From Clostridia bacterium (lineage in GTDB: Bacteria; Bacillota; Clostridia; Christensenellales; Aristaeellaceae), in NCBI GenBank assembly GCA_017447185.1, contig JAFSOC010000015.1, positions 184,672 to 248,671 of the forward strand: DNA of 64,000 nt, written 5' to 3'. The position numbers and the translations under genes were made by a program. The notes under the pieces are model-generated. The model was not told the DNA's origin. It saw only the letters and a program-made list of their open reading frames with translations, and made no database searches. Shown here one piece after another: positions 52,929 through 62,160 of this stretch. The stretch's first letter is position 1; each line of letters starts with the position of its first letter.

Positions 52929-54263
52929 TCAGTCCTCCTTTTTCCTTTCACGGAGAATAAACCGAATCGGTGTGCCTTCAAGTGGGAATGTTTTCCGGAA
53001 GAAATTCTCCAGATATCTTTCATAGGAGAAAGACATCAGGGTTTCATCATTAACAAAGAATACGAAGGTTGGCGGCTGAATGCCGGTTTGCGTGGCATAA
53101 TAAATTTTCAGGCGCCTTGTACCCTGCAGCGGCGGCTGGAGATTGCCGGTCGCATCATTTACTACATCATTCAGAATACCGGTTGTGATACGTTTTCTGG
53201 AGGTCTCGTACACTTCCTTCACTTTATCAAAAACGGTATTCGTTCTTTGTCCTGTTTTTGCGGAAATAAACAGGACCGGTGCGTAATCCATGAATTTGAT
53301 TTTTTCAATGACTTCTTTCCGGTATTTTTCCAGGGTTCCGGTTTCTTTTTCAAGCATATCCCACTTGTTGACAATAACGATAACCGCTTTTCCTTCTTCA
53401 TGGATCAGGCCGGCAATTTTGGTGTCCTGTTCAGTGACTCCGTCATTTGCGTCAACAAGGAGCAAAGCAACATCGCAACGTTTGATAGCGGCGATGGAAC
53501 GTAGTACACTGTATCTCTCAAGACTTTCGTCTTCAATGGAGCTTTTTCTTCGCATGCCTGCAGTATCTATGATATTAAAGGCTGTCCCGTCCTCTGTATG
53601 GAAAATCGTATCAATGGCGTCGCGTGTAGTGCCGGGAATATCGGACACCATTGTCCGCTCCTGCCCAAGAAGCCTGTTTGTAAGAGAACTCTTACCGACA
53701 TTCGGACGGCCGACAATGGCCATCTGAATAACGGTCTCTTCCTCTTCATCAGAAGAAGGATCCCTGTCCGGAAAGCAGCTGATAATCTGATCCAGCAGGT
53801 CGCCAAATCCAAGCATATTGACGCTGCTGATTCCGATCGGATCTCCGAGACCTAATTCATAAAACTCATAAAGGGAGTTATTCAGCCCCAGGTAATCGAC
53901 TTTATTGACAACCAGAAGAACAGGCTTTCCGGCCCGGCGAAGGAGGTTTGCGACATCCTTGTCATCTTCCGTAAGACCTTCACGCGCATCTGTGAAAAAA
54001 CAGATGACATCTGCCAGATCAATGGCAGTCTGTGCCTGCATGCGCATCTGGCTTAACAACACATCTTCACTGTGGGGATCTATGCCGCCTGTATCTATCA
54101 GCGTGAATTCATGTCCGAGCCATTCTGCATCAGCATGAATTCTGTCTCGTGTAACTCCGGGGACATCTTCCACTATACTGATGCGCTTCCCGGCAATTTT
54201 GTTGAAAAAAGTTGATTTGCCGACATTCGGCCTGCCGACAATGGCAACAATCGGTTTGTTCAT
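52929..54263 (-). CDS. der: ribosome biogenesis GTPase Der
   Basis: two GRPNVGKS G-domains. Confidence 0.98.
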   Translation of the reverse strand: MNKPIVAIVGRPNVGKSTFFNKIAGKRISIVEDVPGVTRDRIHADAEWLGHEFTLIDTGGIDPHSEDVLLSQMRMQAQTAIDLADVICFFTDAREGLTEDDKDVANLLRRAGKPVLLVVNKVDYLGLNNSLYEFYELGLGDPIGISSVNMLGFGDLLDQIISCFPDRDPSSDEEEETVIQMAIVGRPNVGKSSLTNRLLGQERTMVSDIPGTTRDAIDTIFHTEDGTAFNIIDTAGMRRKSSIEDESLERYSVLRSIAAIKRCDVALLLVDANDGVTEQDTKIAGLIHEEGKAVIVIVNKWDMLEKETGTLEKYRKEVIEKIKFMDYAPVLFISAKTGQRTNTVFDKVKEVYETSRKRITTGILNDVVNDATGNLQPPLQGTRRLKIYYATQTGIQPPTFVFFVNDETLMSFSYERYLENFFRKTFPLEGTPIRFILRERKKED

Positions 54264-55585
54264 CTTACGTCCTCCGTCTGGAATAATGCGCTGATAAATG
54301 ATTCTCCGGTATTGCGGACAACCTGAATCGGTTTTCCGATGATATCCTGTACTCTTTCCAATGTATAATCATCAAGGAAACAATCTGAGTTTTCACGGAG
54401 CATGGATTCAGAAATCAATACTTTGTCGAATTCTTTTCCTTCCAGGGCCTGTATCAGATCCTGGCCGACAATCAGTCCGGTTACCGTGATGGAATCACCG
54501 AAAAAACGGTTCGGAACAGGAACAACCTCTGTCTGTACCCAATCCGGTGTATACATACGGGCCAGTTCCTGAATGTGCGGAAACACGGAAGCGCCGGTGG
54601 GAATAATCAGCCGGGTGACAATGCCTTTTGTCAAAGGGGAATGAACTTCGTTTTGAATGTCCGTATAAGCTGCTTCGCATTCGTCCTTAAACTGGCGGAT
54701 CATTCCAACGCCATTCTCAATCTGAGGATAATCCTCATAATGTTCTTCCGCGGGAATGTCCTGTCCAGCTATGCAGTAGAACTCATCAGACAGGAAGACA
54801 AAACGTGTCCCGAATTCTTCAAGATATTTTTGCTGACGCCGGGAAACAATTTGTATGGTCTCTTCAGCAAGCTGCCTGCTGACAGGAGGAATTTGCTCGA
54901 GTTTCGCACGGAACTTTGTCATCCCGATGGGAACAATGGCGACGGAAAGGGAAGAAGGCCAGAGGGATGCAAGGTCATCCAGCGTTTCCTCAAGGATGTT
55001 TCCATCGTTAAATCCCGGGCAAAGAACAATCTGGGAATGAAACTGCAGTCCGTGATTTTTCAATGCGGTAAGACGGTCAAAAAGATTTCCGGCATTCGGG
55101 TTACGAAGCATTTTCACACGAACATCCGGATCTGTTGCGTGAACAGAAATATATAGCGGAGACGCTTTCCTGCGCAGTATACGGATGAATTCCTGATCAT
55201 CCACGTTGGTCAGTGTTACATAATTACCCATCATCAGACTGAGGCGCCAGTCATCATCCTTGACATAAAGCGTTTTACGCATGCCGGACGGCATCTGATC
55301 AATAAAACAGAAGACGCAGTGATTCAGGCAGTGGCGAGGCTTCATGGCAACGGTTTCATCCAGCTGAAGGCCCAGCGGTTCCCAGGACGATTTTGCAATG
55401 CTGACCTGGCGAATCTTTCCGTTCACATCGGCTATTTCAATTTCCAGATGAGGATGAAGGATCAGATCCTGATAATCAATCTCATCGATGACTGTTTCAC
55501 CGTTAATGGAAACAAGACTCTCATTTTTCTGAATTCCGGCTTTTTCTGCCGGGGAGGAAGGCGATACGGACAGAATTCTGATCAT
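54260..55585 (-). CDS. PDZ + radical-SAM-like DUF512 protein
   Basis: CLNHCVFC, LYVKDDD.RLS, QIENGVG and VTGL motifs; AGGAGG RBS; 4-nt overlap with der. Confidence 0.9.
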   Translation of the reverse strand: MIRILSVSPSSPAEKAGIQKNESLVSINGETVIDEIDYQDLILHPHLEIEIADVNGKIRQVSIAKSSWEPLGLQLDETVAMKPRHCLNHCVFCFIDQMPSGMRKTLYVKDDDWRLSLMMGNYVTLTNVDDQEFIRILRRKASPLYISVHATDPDVRVKMLRNPNAGNLFDRLTALKNHGLQFHSQIVLCPGFNDGNILEETLDDLASLWPSSLSVAIVPIGMTKFRAKLEQIPPVSRQLAEETIQIVSRRQQKYLEEFGTRFVFLSDEFYCIAGQDIPAEEHYEDYPQIENGVGMIRQFKDECEAAYTDIQNEVHSPLTKGIVTRLIIPTGASVFPHIQELARMYTPDWVQTEVVPVPNRFFGDSITVTGLIVGQDLIQALEGKEFDKVLISESMLRENSDCFLDDYTLERVQDIIGKPIQVVRNTGESFISALFQTEDVR

Positions 55586-55749
55586 ATGCGCATCCCTCCT
55601 TACGTTCAAAATCTCCCAATTTATTATCCTAGAATTGAATGGAGTTGTCAAGAATCAGGCCGGGACACGGCAGCGCTGCCATGGTTGTCATTTCACACTC
55701 ATGATGATAATATATATGCGTTTCAATAAGGTTACTGAGAGGTTTGCTT

Positions 55750-56757
55750 ATGGCTCAGAATGGAGATATCGGTATCGATCTTGGCACATCAAATGTAGTG
55801 ATTTACATGAAAGGCAACGGCGTCGTTTTCCGTGAACCATCCGTTATCGCGGTGGAAAGCGAAACCAATCAGATTATTGCGTTCGGAACAGAAGCTTACC
55901 GCATGATCGGACGTACACCGTCCAGTATCAGTATAATCCGCCCCCTCGCACAGGGGGAAATACTTGATTTTGAACTGACTGCAGCGATGCTTCGGTATTA
56001 CATTTCCAATGTAATCGGGAAAAAGTTTTTCTCCAGGCCACGTGCAATTATGTCCGTTCCGTCAGGTGTTAAGGAGATGGAAAGAAAGGCGCTGATCACA
56101 TCGCTGTTTGATGCGGGACTGCGAAGAACGCAGATCCTGGACAGAACAATTGCCGCTGCACTTGGCGCGCAGCTGAATTTTCTTGGCTCGTACGGAAGCA
56201 TGGTGGCTGACCTGAGCGCCGGAGGTACGGACATTGCAGTTCTCAGCAACGGCATCGTTTCCGTTGTCAGTTCGGTTCAGATGGGTGGCGATCATTTTGA
56301 TGATGCTATCATCCGGTATCTTCGGAAGAAATACAACATGCTGATTGGTGAAAGAACCGCAGAGCAGGTCAAAATAACTCTAGGCGGCGCAATGCGGAGG
56401 AATCCGAGGGTGACGATGGATGTTACAGGCAGGAATCTGATATCCGGTCTTCCCAGAACGATTTCCATTGATTCAGATGAAATATATGAATCCCTGATTG
56501 ACAATGTGAACGACCTGATTGAGAGCGTTCAGGCAGTTATTGAAAAAACCCCGCCGCAGCTCGCCTCCGATATCCTGGAAGGAGGCGTCACACTGACGGG
56601 GGGCGCAGCAGCACTGTATGGCCTTTCCGAAGCTATTTCAGATGTGATCAGAATCCCATGCCGGGTTGCTGATGATCCAAAGGACTGTATCGTTCTGGGA
56701 TGCGCGAAAGTATTGAATGATCCGGCCGGAATGCGTCATCTGCTGTCTGCATCCTGA
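55750..56757 (+). CDS. divergent MreB/Mbl-family actin homologue
   Basis: GIDLGTSN, EPSV, MIGRTP, GERTAEQVK and LTGG motifs; catalytic motifs altered. Confidence 0.9.
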   Translation: MAQNGDIGIDLGTSNVVIYMKGNGVVFREPSVIAVESETNQIIAFGTEAYRMIGRTPSSISIIRPLAQGEILDFELTAAMLRYYISNVIGKKFFSRPRAIMSVPSGVKEMERKALITSLFDAGLRRTQILDRTIAAALGAQLNFLGSYGSMVADLSAGGTDIAVLSNGIVSVVSSVQMGGDHFDDAIIRYLRKKYNMLIGERTAEQVKITLGGAMRRNPRVTMDVTGRNLISGLPRTISIDSDEIYESLIDNVNDLIESVQAVIEKTPPQLASDILEGGVTLTGGAAALYGLSEAISDVIRIPCRVADDPKDCIVLGCAKVLNDPAGMRHLLSAS

Positions 56758-56761
56758 TGGT

Positions 56762-59278
56762 TTATTTTTTCGGGTTTCCGGCAGTGTCGATTCCGGCAGC
56801 ACCGACAAGTCCTAGGCGTTCCGCGGCTTCTTCCCGCATTTTGTACTTGAGGATTTTGCCGGCCGCATTCATCGGGAAATGATCCACAAATTCAATATAC
56901 TGAGGAACCTTGTGACGGGCCATATGGCTTTTGATGTATTCCGTCATCTCTTCGGATGTCAGGGATGCATCTTTCTTTTTGATAATGCATGCCATAACAG
57001 CCTCGCCGTATTTGGCATCCGGAACACCGATGACCTGCACATCTTCCACAGCGGGATGCGTATAGATAAATTCTTCAATTTCCTTGGGATAGATGTTTTC
57101 ACCGCCGCGGATAATCATATCTTTCAGGCGTCCTGTAATCAGATAGGTTCCGTCTGGATTCCTGCGGGCCAGATCTCCGGAGTGCAGCCATCCGTCTTTA
57201 TCAATTGCTGAAGCGGTGGCATCCGGCATTTTATAGTAACCTTTCATGATGTGATAACCGCGGGAGCAGAATTCACCATCCTGGCCGTCAGGAAGTTCAT
57301 TGCCGGTTTCCGGATCAATCACTTTACACTGAACATGCGGGAATGCGTATCCGACGGTTTCTGTACGCAGACTGAGCGGATCGTTCCAGTCTGACATCGT
57401 ACTGCCGGGAGAAGATTCGGTTTGTCCGTAAACACTGACGATTCCGCGCATATTCATCTCATCCGGCTGAGCTGCACGCTTCATCAGTTCAGGCGGACAA
57501 CCGGATCCGGCCATAATGCCTGTCCGCATGTAGGAGAAGTCTGTTTTCCGGTAATCTTCATGGTTGAACATTGCGATAAACATTGTCGGGACACCGTGAA
57601 AACAGGTAATTCTTTCCTGGTTGATACAGGCAAGGGAATTCTTGGCAGAGAAGTAGGGAAGCGGACAGAGTGTGGCCCCATGCGTCATGGAAGCTGTCAT
57701 CGCAAGCACCATACCGAAGCAGTGAAACATCGGAACCTGGATCATCATGCGGTCCGCCGTAGACAGGCCCATCCTGTCACCGATACATTTACCGTCATTC
57801 ACAACGTTGTAATGCGTCAGCATAACACCTTTCGGAAAACCGGTTGTCCCGGATGTGTACTGCATGTTACAGACATCGTCTGGCTTAACATGCGCGGACA
57901 ACATCCGGATTGTTTCCTGTGAAACGGTATCCGCCCTGCGCATTGCCTGATCAAAAGTCAGGCATCCGGGCTGCCTGAAGTCAACGGTAATTACATTTCG
58001 CAGGAAAGGAAGGCGTTTGCAGTGAAGCGCTTCGCCCGGCTTTGCGGAAGCAATTTCCGGGCACAGCTCATTGATGATTTCTTTATAATTACTGTCCAAC
58101 GCTTTTTCAATCATTACAAGTGTATGGGTATCGCTCTGACGCAGCAGATAGTCAGCTTCATGGATTTTATAGGCTGTATTCATAGTGACGAGTACAGCGC
58201 CGATCCTGGCACAGGCCCAGAAAGTAATATACCATGCCGGGACATTCGTTGCCCAGACAGCAACCTTGGCGCCCGGTTTCACACCCAGTGAAACAAGTGC
58301 CCGGGCAAAACAGTCAACATCATCCCGGAAACCTGAATAGGTTCTTGTATAATTCAGGGTTGTATATTTGAAAGCATACTGATCCGGAAATTCCTCTGCC
58401 ATTCGGTCCAGAACCTGACCAAAGGTTTCATCAATCAGTTCATCCTTTTTCCATACATATCTTCCTGAGCCGTCAAAGTTGAAGTAGAGGGATTTCTTTT
58501 TTCCTTTTGGATTATCAAAGCGGTTCATGTAGTTCACGAAATGGGAGAAAATGATTTCCCGGTCAGAAAGATCTTCCATCCATTCTGTTTTCCATTCGAG
58601 GGAAATAAAACCGCTGTAGTCAATGGAAGAGAGCGCGTTCATGAATTCCTTTACGGGAAGCGTTCCTTCACCGATCAGGTTATAGGATAGATCATCGTTG
58701 GAATCGCGCAGGTGAACATGTTTCACGTATCCACCGAGATTCCTGATGGTTGTATCGGGGGATTCATGGAAATCACGGTAAGGATGGTGCACATCCCAAA
58801 GACAGCCGAGTTCATCGCAGGCATATTCATCCAGCAGGGAACGAAGACGTCCGGTATCGGCGTAAATCCCGGTTGTCTTGATCAGAAGGGTTACTTTTTT
58901 GTCAGCGGCATCCGGAAGCACTTCATCAAGGAAATGCCTGACCTGTTCCTCCCGGTGCGTAAGCGCGCAGACAGCTACATACGGAATATGCATGGAACCG
59001 GCAACATCAAAGAGCATCCGGATCTGATCCGGATCTGTGTTATCCAGACTGATATCCTCTGATGTATCAAAACACGGAATCTTCAATCCGCATTCCTGAA
59101 GCATCCGTTCTGTCTCATTCCGGTTGTATTTATGGAACGGTCCTCCGCGGCTGATCAGGGATTCTATTTTATGGAGATTATAAACTTCAATGCCCTGGAA
59201 TTGCATTTCACATGCGTCTTCCATCTGCTTCATCCAGTCTTTTTCTCTCCATCCGCGGGTTGAAAAAGCAAGGTTCAT
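56762..59278 (-). CDS. fusion of a sugar-phosphate-isomerase/AP-endonuclease-2-like TIM barrel and an acyl-CoA synthetase (ACSF2/YngI-like)
   Basis: N-terminal WDVHH, HVHLRD, GEG.LP and ISLEW; C-terminal YTSGTTGFPKG, VPMFHCFG, YGQTE, WLHSGD, GGENIYPKEIE and GKILK. Confidence 0.9.
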   Translation of the reverse strand: MNLAFSTRGWREKDWMKQMEDACEMQFQGIEVYNLHKIESLISRGGPFHKYNRNETERMLQECGLKIPCFDTSEDISLDNTDPDQIRMLFDVAGSMHIPYVAVCALTHREEQVRHFLDEVLPDAADKKVTLLIKTTGIYADTGRLRSLLDEYACDELGCLWDVHHPYRDFHESPDTTIRNLGGYVKHVHLRDSNDDLSYNLIGEGTLPVKEFMNALSSIDYSGFISLEWKTEWMEDLSDREIIFSHFVNYMNRFDNPKGKKKSLYFNFDGSGRYVWKKDELIDETFGQVLDRMAEEFPDQYAFKYTTLNYTRTYSGFRDDVDCFARALVSLGVKPGAKVAVWATNVPAWYITFWACARIGAVLVTMNTAYKIHEADYLLRQSDTHTLVMIEKALDSNYKEIINELCPEIASAKPGEALHCKRLPFLRNVITVDFRQPGCLTFDQAMRRADTVSQETIRMLSAHVKPDDVCNMQYTSGTTGFPKGVMLTHYNVVNDGKCIGDRMGLSTADRMMIQVPMFHCFGMVLAMTASMTHGATLCPLPYFSAKNSLACINQERITCFHGVPTMFIAMFNHEDYRKTDFSYMRTGIMAGSGCPPELMKRAAQPDEMNMRGIVSVYGQTESSPGSTMSDWNDPLSLRTETVGYAFPHVQCKVIDPETGNELPDGQDGEFCSRGYHIMKGYYKMPDATASAIDKDGWLHSGDLARRNPDGTYLITGRLKDMIIRGGENIYPKEIEEFIYTHPAVEDVQVIGVPDAKYGEAVMACIIKKKDASLTSEEMTEYIKSHMARHKVPQYIEFVDHFPMNAAGKILKYKMREEAAERLGLVGAAGIDTAGNPKK

Positions 59279-60696
59279 GCTTCTTCCTCCTCATAAATAA
59301 TTTTGTTCAGTGCGTTGATATAAGCCATAATACCAGCACCGACAATATCCGTGGATATGCCTTTTCCGGAATATAGCTTTCCGTCTGAGCGGAGCCTGAT
59401 CAATGTTTCGCCCATGGCTTCACGCCCTTCTGTGACGGACTGGATCTGGAAATCATCCAGTTCAAAATGTCTGCCGGTGGCTTTTTCAATGGAATTGAAG
59501 GCAGCATCAATTGCCCCATCGCCGGTGGAAATACCTTCCAGCTGTTTTCCGTGGAGAGAAAGTTTCATATGAGACATTGCACCGATGGTGCTGCCTGTGT
59601 TAATTACATATTGAATATCTGTATATGCAGGGGGAACCTGCATTGCCTCCGTAGCGACAATTGCTTCGAGTTCCCTCAGGGTGATTTTATCCTTGCTGCG
59701 GGAGACTTCCTGGAACCTGGTCCAGACTTTCTCAAGATCATCTTCCGTAAGGTCATATCCCAGTTTGGAGATGGCTTTGGAAATAGAATCATGTGATTCA
59801 TGGGCATTTATGGTAATGCTGTCATTTTGCGTTTCCGTGTTCCGGACAGGCATAAATGAGTGTGAAAGCCCGGAACGGCAGAGGTTTTCGATCTGAGCGG
59901 TGAGCGTATTGATTTTTTCGACTCCGATTCCAAGGGAGATATCGAAATGCTTCTGTTTAACATTCAGGATGCTGACAATATTCCGCAGGGAAATACTGTC
60001 TGTTCTGAATGCAGCGGCCTTTATTTCGCGGATACCACATCGGACGGCTTCAATGGCACAGGCATCAGACAAATTCATGGTATCAGCACAGGAATATCCG
60101 ACAGTAATGTTTTTCATTTCCGGTACGTGTTCAAAAAGGGGTCGCAGAAAAAGGCCTGTTTCGTCCGGAAGCATGGATCCGGCTGTGTCACAGAGCGTTA
60201 TAGTGGATGCGCCTGCTTCGATGGCTTTCCGAAGGACATCCTGCAGGAATCTACTGTCGCTGCGGGTTGCATCCATCGCAACGAACTCCACGTTAGAAGT
60301 ATATTTCCGGCATTCCGTGATTCTGTCGGCGATCTGGCAGATTAAAGCGTCCGGTTTGATGTGGGAAAGATATTCCATCTGTACAGAACTGACAGGTACG
60401 ACAATCTGCAGACGGGGATTGTCCGCGTCCTTGAGAGCATCCCATACGATATCCACATTGCTTTGCGAAAGGCTGACAGGAACTGCAAGCCTGGAATTCG
60501 AAACAGCCTGACTGACAGATTTGATCAGAAGACTGTCGATTTTTTCATTGACAATTTCTTTCAGGGAAATATAGTCCACATCCAGTTTGTCCAGCATTTT
60601 GCACAGTTCGATTGTTTCCCGGAAACTCAATTCGGGACTTTTTTCTCCCTGACAAAGTGTACAGTCACAGATACAGACCTTTTCGGAATTGCTCAT
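59275..60696 (-). CDS. degenerate 2-isopropylmalate synthase (LeuA) paralogue with intact regulatory domain
   Basis: HMGL-like barrel traces (VEF.AMDATR, IEAGA.TI...DT.G); C-terminal GDGAIDA and GISTDIV..AYINALN; catalytic motifs missing. Confidence 0.85.
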   Translation of the reverse strand: MSNSEKVCICDCTLCQGEKSPELSFRETIELCKMLDKLDVDYISLKEIVNEKIDSLLIKSVSQAVSNSRLAVPVSLSQSNVDIVWDALKDADNPRLQIVVPVSSVQMEYLSHIKPDALICQIADRITECRKYTSNVEFVAMDATRSDSRFLQDVLRKAIEAGASTITLCDTAGSMLPDETGLFLRPLFEHVPEMKNITVGYSCADTMNLSDACAIEAVRCGIREIKAAAFRTDSISLRNIVSILNVKQKHFDISLGIGVEKINTLTAQIENLCRSGLSHSFMPVRNTETQNDSITINAHESHDSISKAISKLGYDLTEDDLEKVWTRFQEVSRSKDKITLRELEAIVATEAMQVPPAYTDIQYVINTGSTIGAMSHMKLSLHGKQLEGISTGDGAIDAAFNSIEKATGRHFELDDFQIQSVTEGREAMGETLIRLRSDGKLYSGKGISTDIVGAGIMAYINALNKIIYEEEEA

Positions 60697-60711
60697 TTGT
60701 TCTTTCCTCCT

Positions 60712-60972
60712 AAAAAAATATAAGCCCTGAAGCTATATGCTTCAGGGACGAAAATATCGCGGTACCACCCATTTTACTGCCATATGGCAGTCACTCTCGG
60801 ACTCAGACAAGTCCATAGCCGATTACGGGGCGTCCGGGCTTCATTACTGGAGCATTGCTCGTTCACAAAACCGGCTCCGGAAGCAGTCAGTTTTCATTCC
60901 TGTACTGTCTCACAGCATACGACAGCTCTCTGAAACATTCCTGGAAACATTCTTTCCTTCATTGCCTTTGAT
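60712..60972 (-). promoter_or_regulatory. T-box riboswitch, probable Leu (CUG) specifier
   Basis: AGAGA and GCTGTGA stem I motifs; GA-CTG-CTTCCGGAGC in the same register as TAC of the Tyr T-box; T-box GGGTGGTACCGCG; terminator CCCTGAAGC/GCTTCAGGG with T run; TTGACA-N17-TAGTAT promoter at 60987-61015. Confidence 0.88.
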
Positions 60973-61173
60973 ATTCAATTGAATGGATACTATCATAATC
61001 CATGTTTGATGTCAACCGATTCATCCGGTGCAGAGATTGTATTTTTCATGTTCAATGAACAGCCTGGAAATGTTGATTCTGCAAGGGAAAGAAGAGGAAT
61101 ATAAATTGACAAAAATGGTGAATTTGATATCATATACGTAGTTTTTATCTGATTGGAAGGGAAGTCTTGCTGT

Positions 61174-62160
61174 TTGACAGAAAGTCGTGAAATTGTTCTG
61201 ACTGCTGATACCATGGATGCATATATCGCACTGTTTGGCCTGAATGATCAGAATATTTCCGTGATTGAACAGGAATGTTCTGTTCATATTGCACTCAGAG
61301 GGAACCATCTTGTGATTCAGGGAGATCCGGATCGCCTTGCTTTCGCCGAGAAAACGGTGCAGATCCTTTTTGACATGATACAGCATAACGAAACAGTTGA
61401 CCGCCTTCGGATCCGCTATGTCATTTCCATGATACGTGATGGAAATGCCGACAGAATAGAAGAATCCCTGAAGAAAGTTATTGCCATTACACACCGCGGG
61501 AAACAGATTACCTGCAAGACGCTCGGCCAGCAGAAATATATTGAAACGATCCGGAAAAATACGCTGACTTTTGCCATCGGTCCTGCAGGTACAGGAAAAA
61601 CTTATCTGGCAATGGCACTTTCCGTTATGGCCCTAAAAAACAAAGAAGCAGAACGGATTATCCTGACCCGTCCGGCTGTCGAGGCCGGGGAAAAACTGGG
61701 CTTTCTTCCCGGCGACCTTACGCAGAAGGTCGATCCGTATCTTCGACCCCTCTATGATGCCATGTATGACTTTATGGGAGCTGATTCATACACCCGCCTG
61801 CTGGAAAGAGGCACGGTTGAAGTGGCACCTCTTGCATATATGCGTGGGCGTACTCTGTCTGATGCTTTCATTATTCTGGATGAAGCGCAGAACACGACAC
61901 CTGAACAGATGAAAATGTTCCTGACCAGAATCGGCTTTAATTCCAAAGTGATTGTTACGGGCGACATTACGCAGACTGATCTGCCGGCAGGAAAAAGTTC
62001 GGGGCTTGCGGAAGCAATAAGGATTCTTGACGGCATTCCTGGAATCGGAATTGTTGAATTGACAGGCAAGGATATTGTCCGCCATGAACTGGTTCAGCGC
62101 ATTGTGGAAGCTTACGCTGAAAATGAGAAAAACCAGCGGGAAGGGAAGGAAACCAAATGA
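61174..62160 (+). CDS. phoH: PhoH-family ATPase
   Basis: GPAGTGKT, RPAVEAGE.LGFLPG, YMRGRTL, DEAQN and GD.TQ.DL motifs. Confidence 0.95.
   Translation: MTESREIVLTADTMDAYIALFGLNDQNISVIEQECSVHIALRGNHLVIQGDPDRLAFAEKTVQILFDMIQHNETVDRLRIRYVISMIRDGNADRIEESLKKVIAITHRGKQITCKTLGQQKYIETIRKNTLTFAIGPAGTGKTYLAMALSVMALKNKEAERIILTRPAVEAGEKLGFLPGDLTQKVDPYLRPLYDAMYDFMGADSYTRLLERGTVEVAPLAYMRGRTLSDAFIILDEAQNTTPEQMKMFLTRIGFNSKVIVTGDITQTDLPAGKSSGLAEAIRILDGIPGIGIVELTGKDIVRHELVQRIVEAYAENEKNQREGKETK

Noticed and set aside
59275-60696. Annotation as functional leuA, or as a pseudogene
   Set aside because: Catalytic and metal residues are absent, yet the ORF, RBS, leader and regulatory domain are intact
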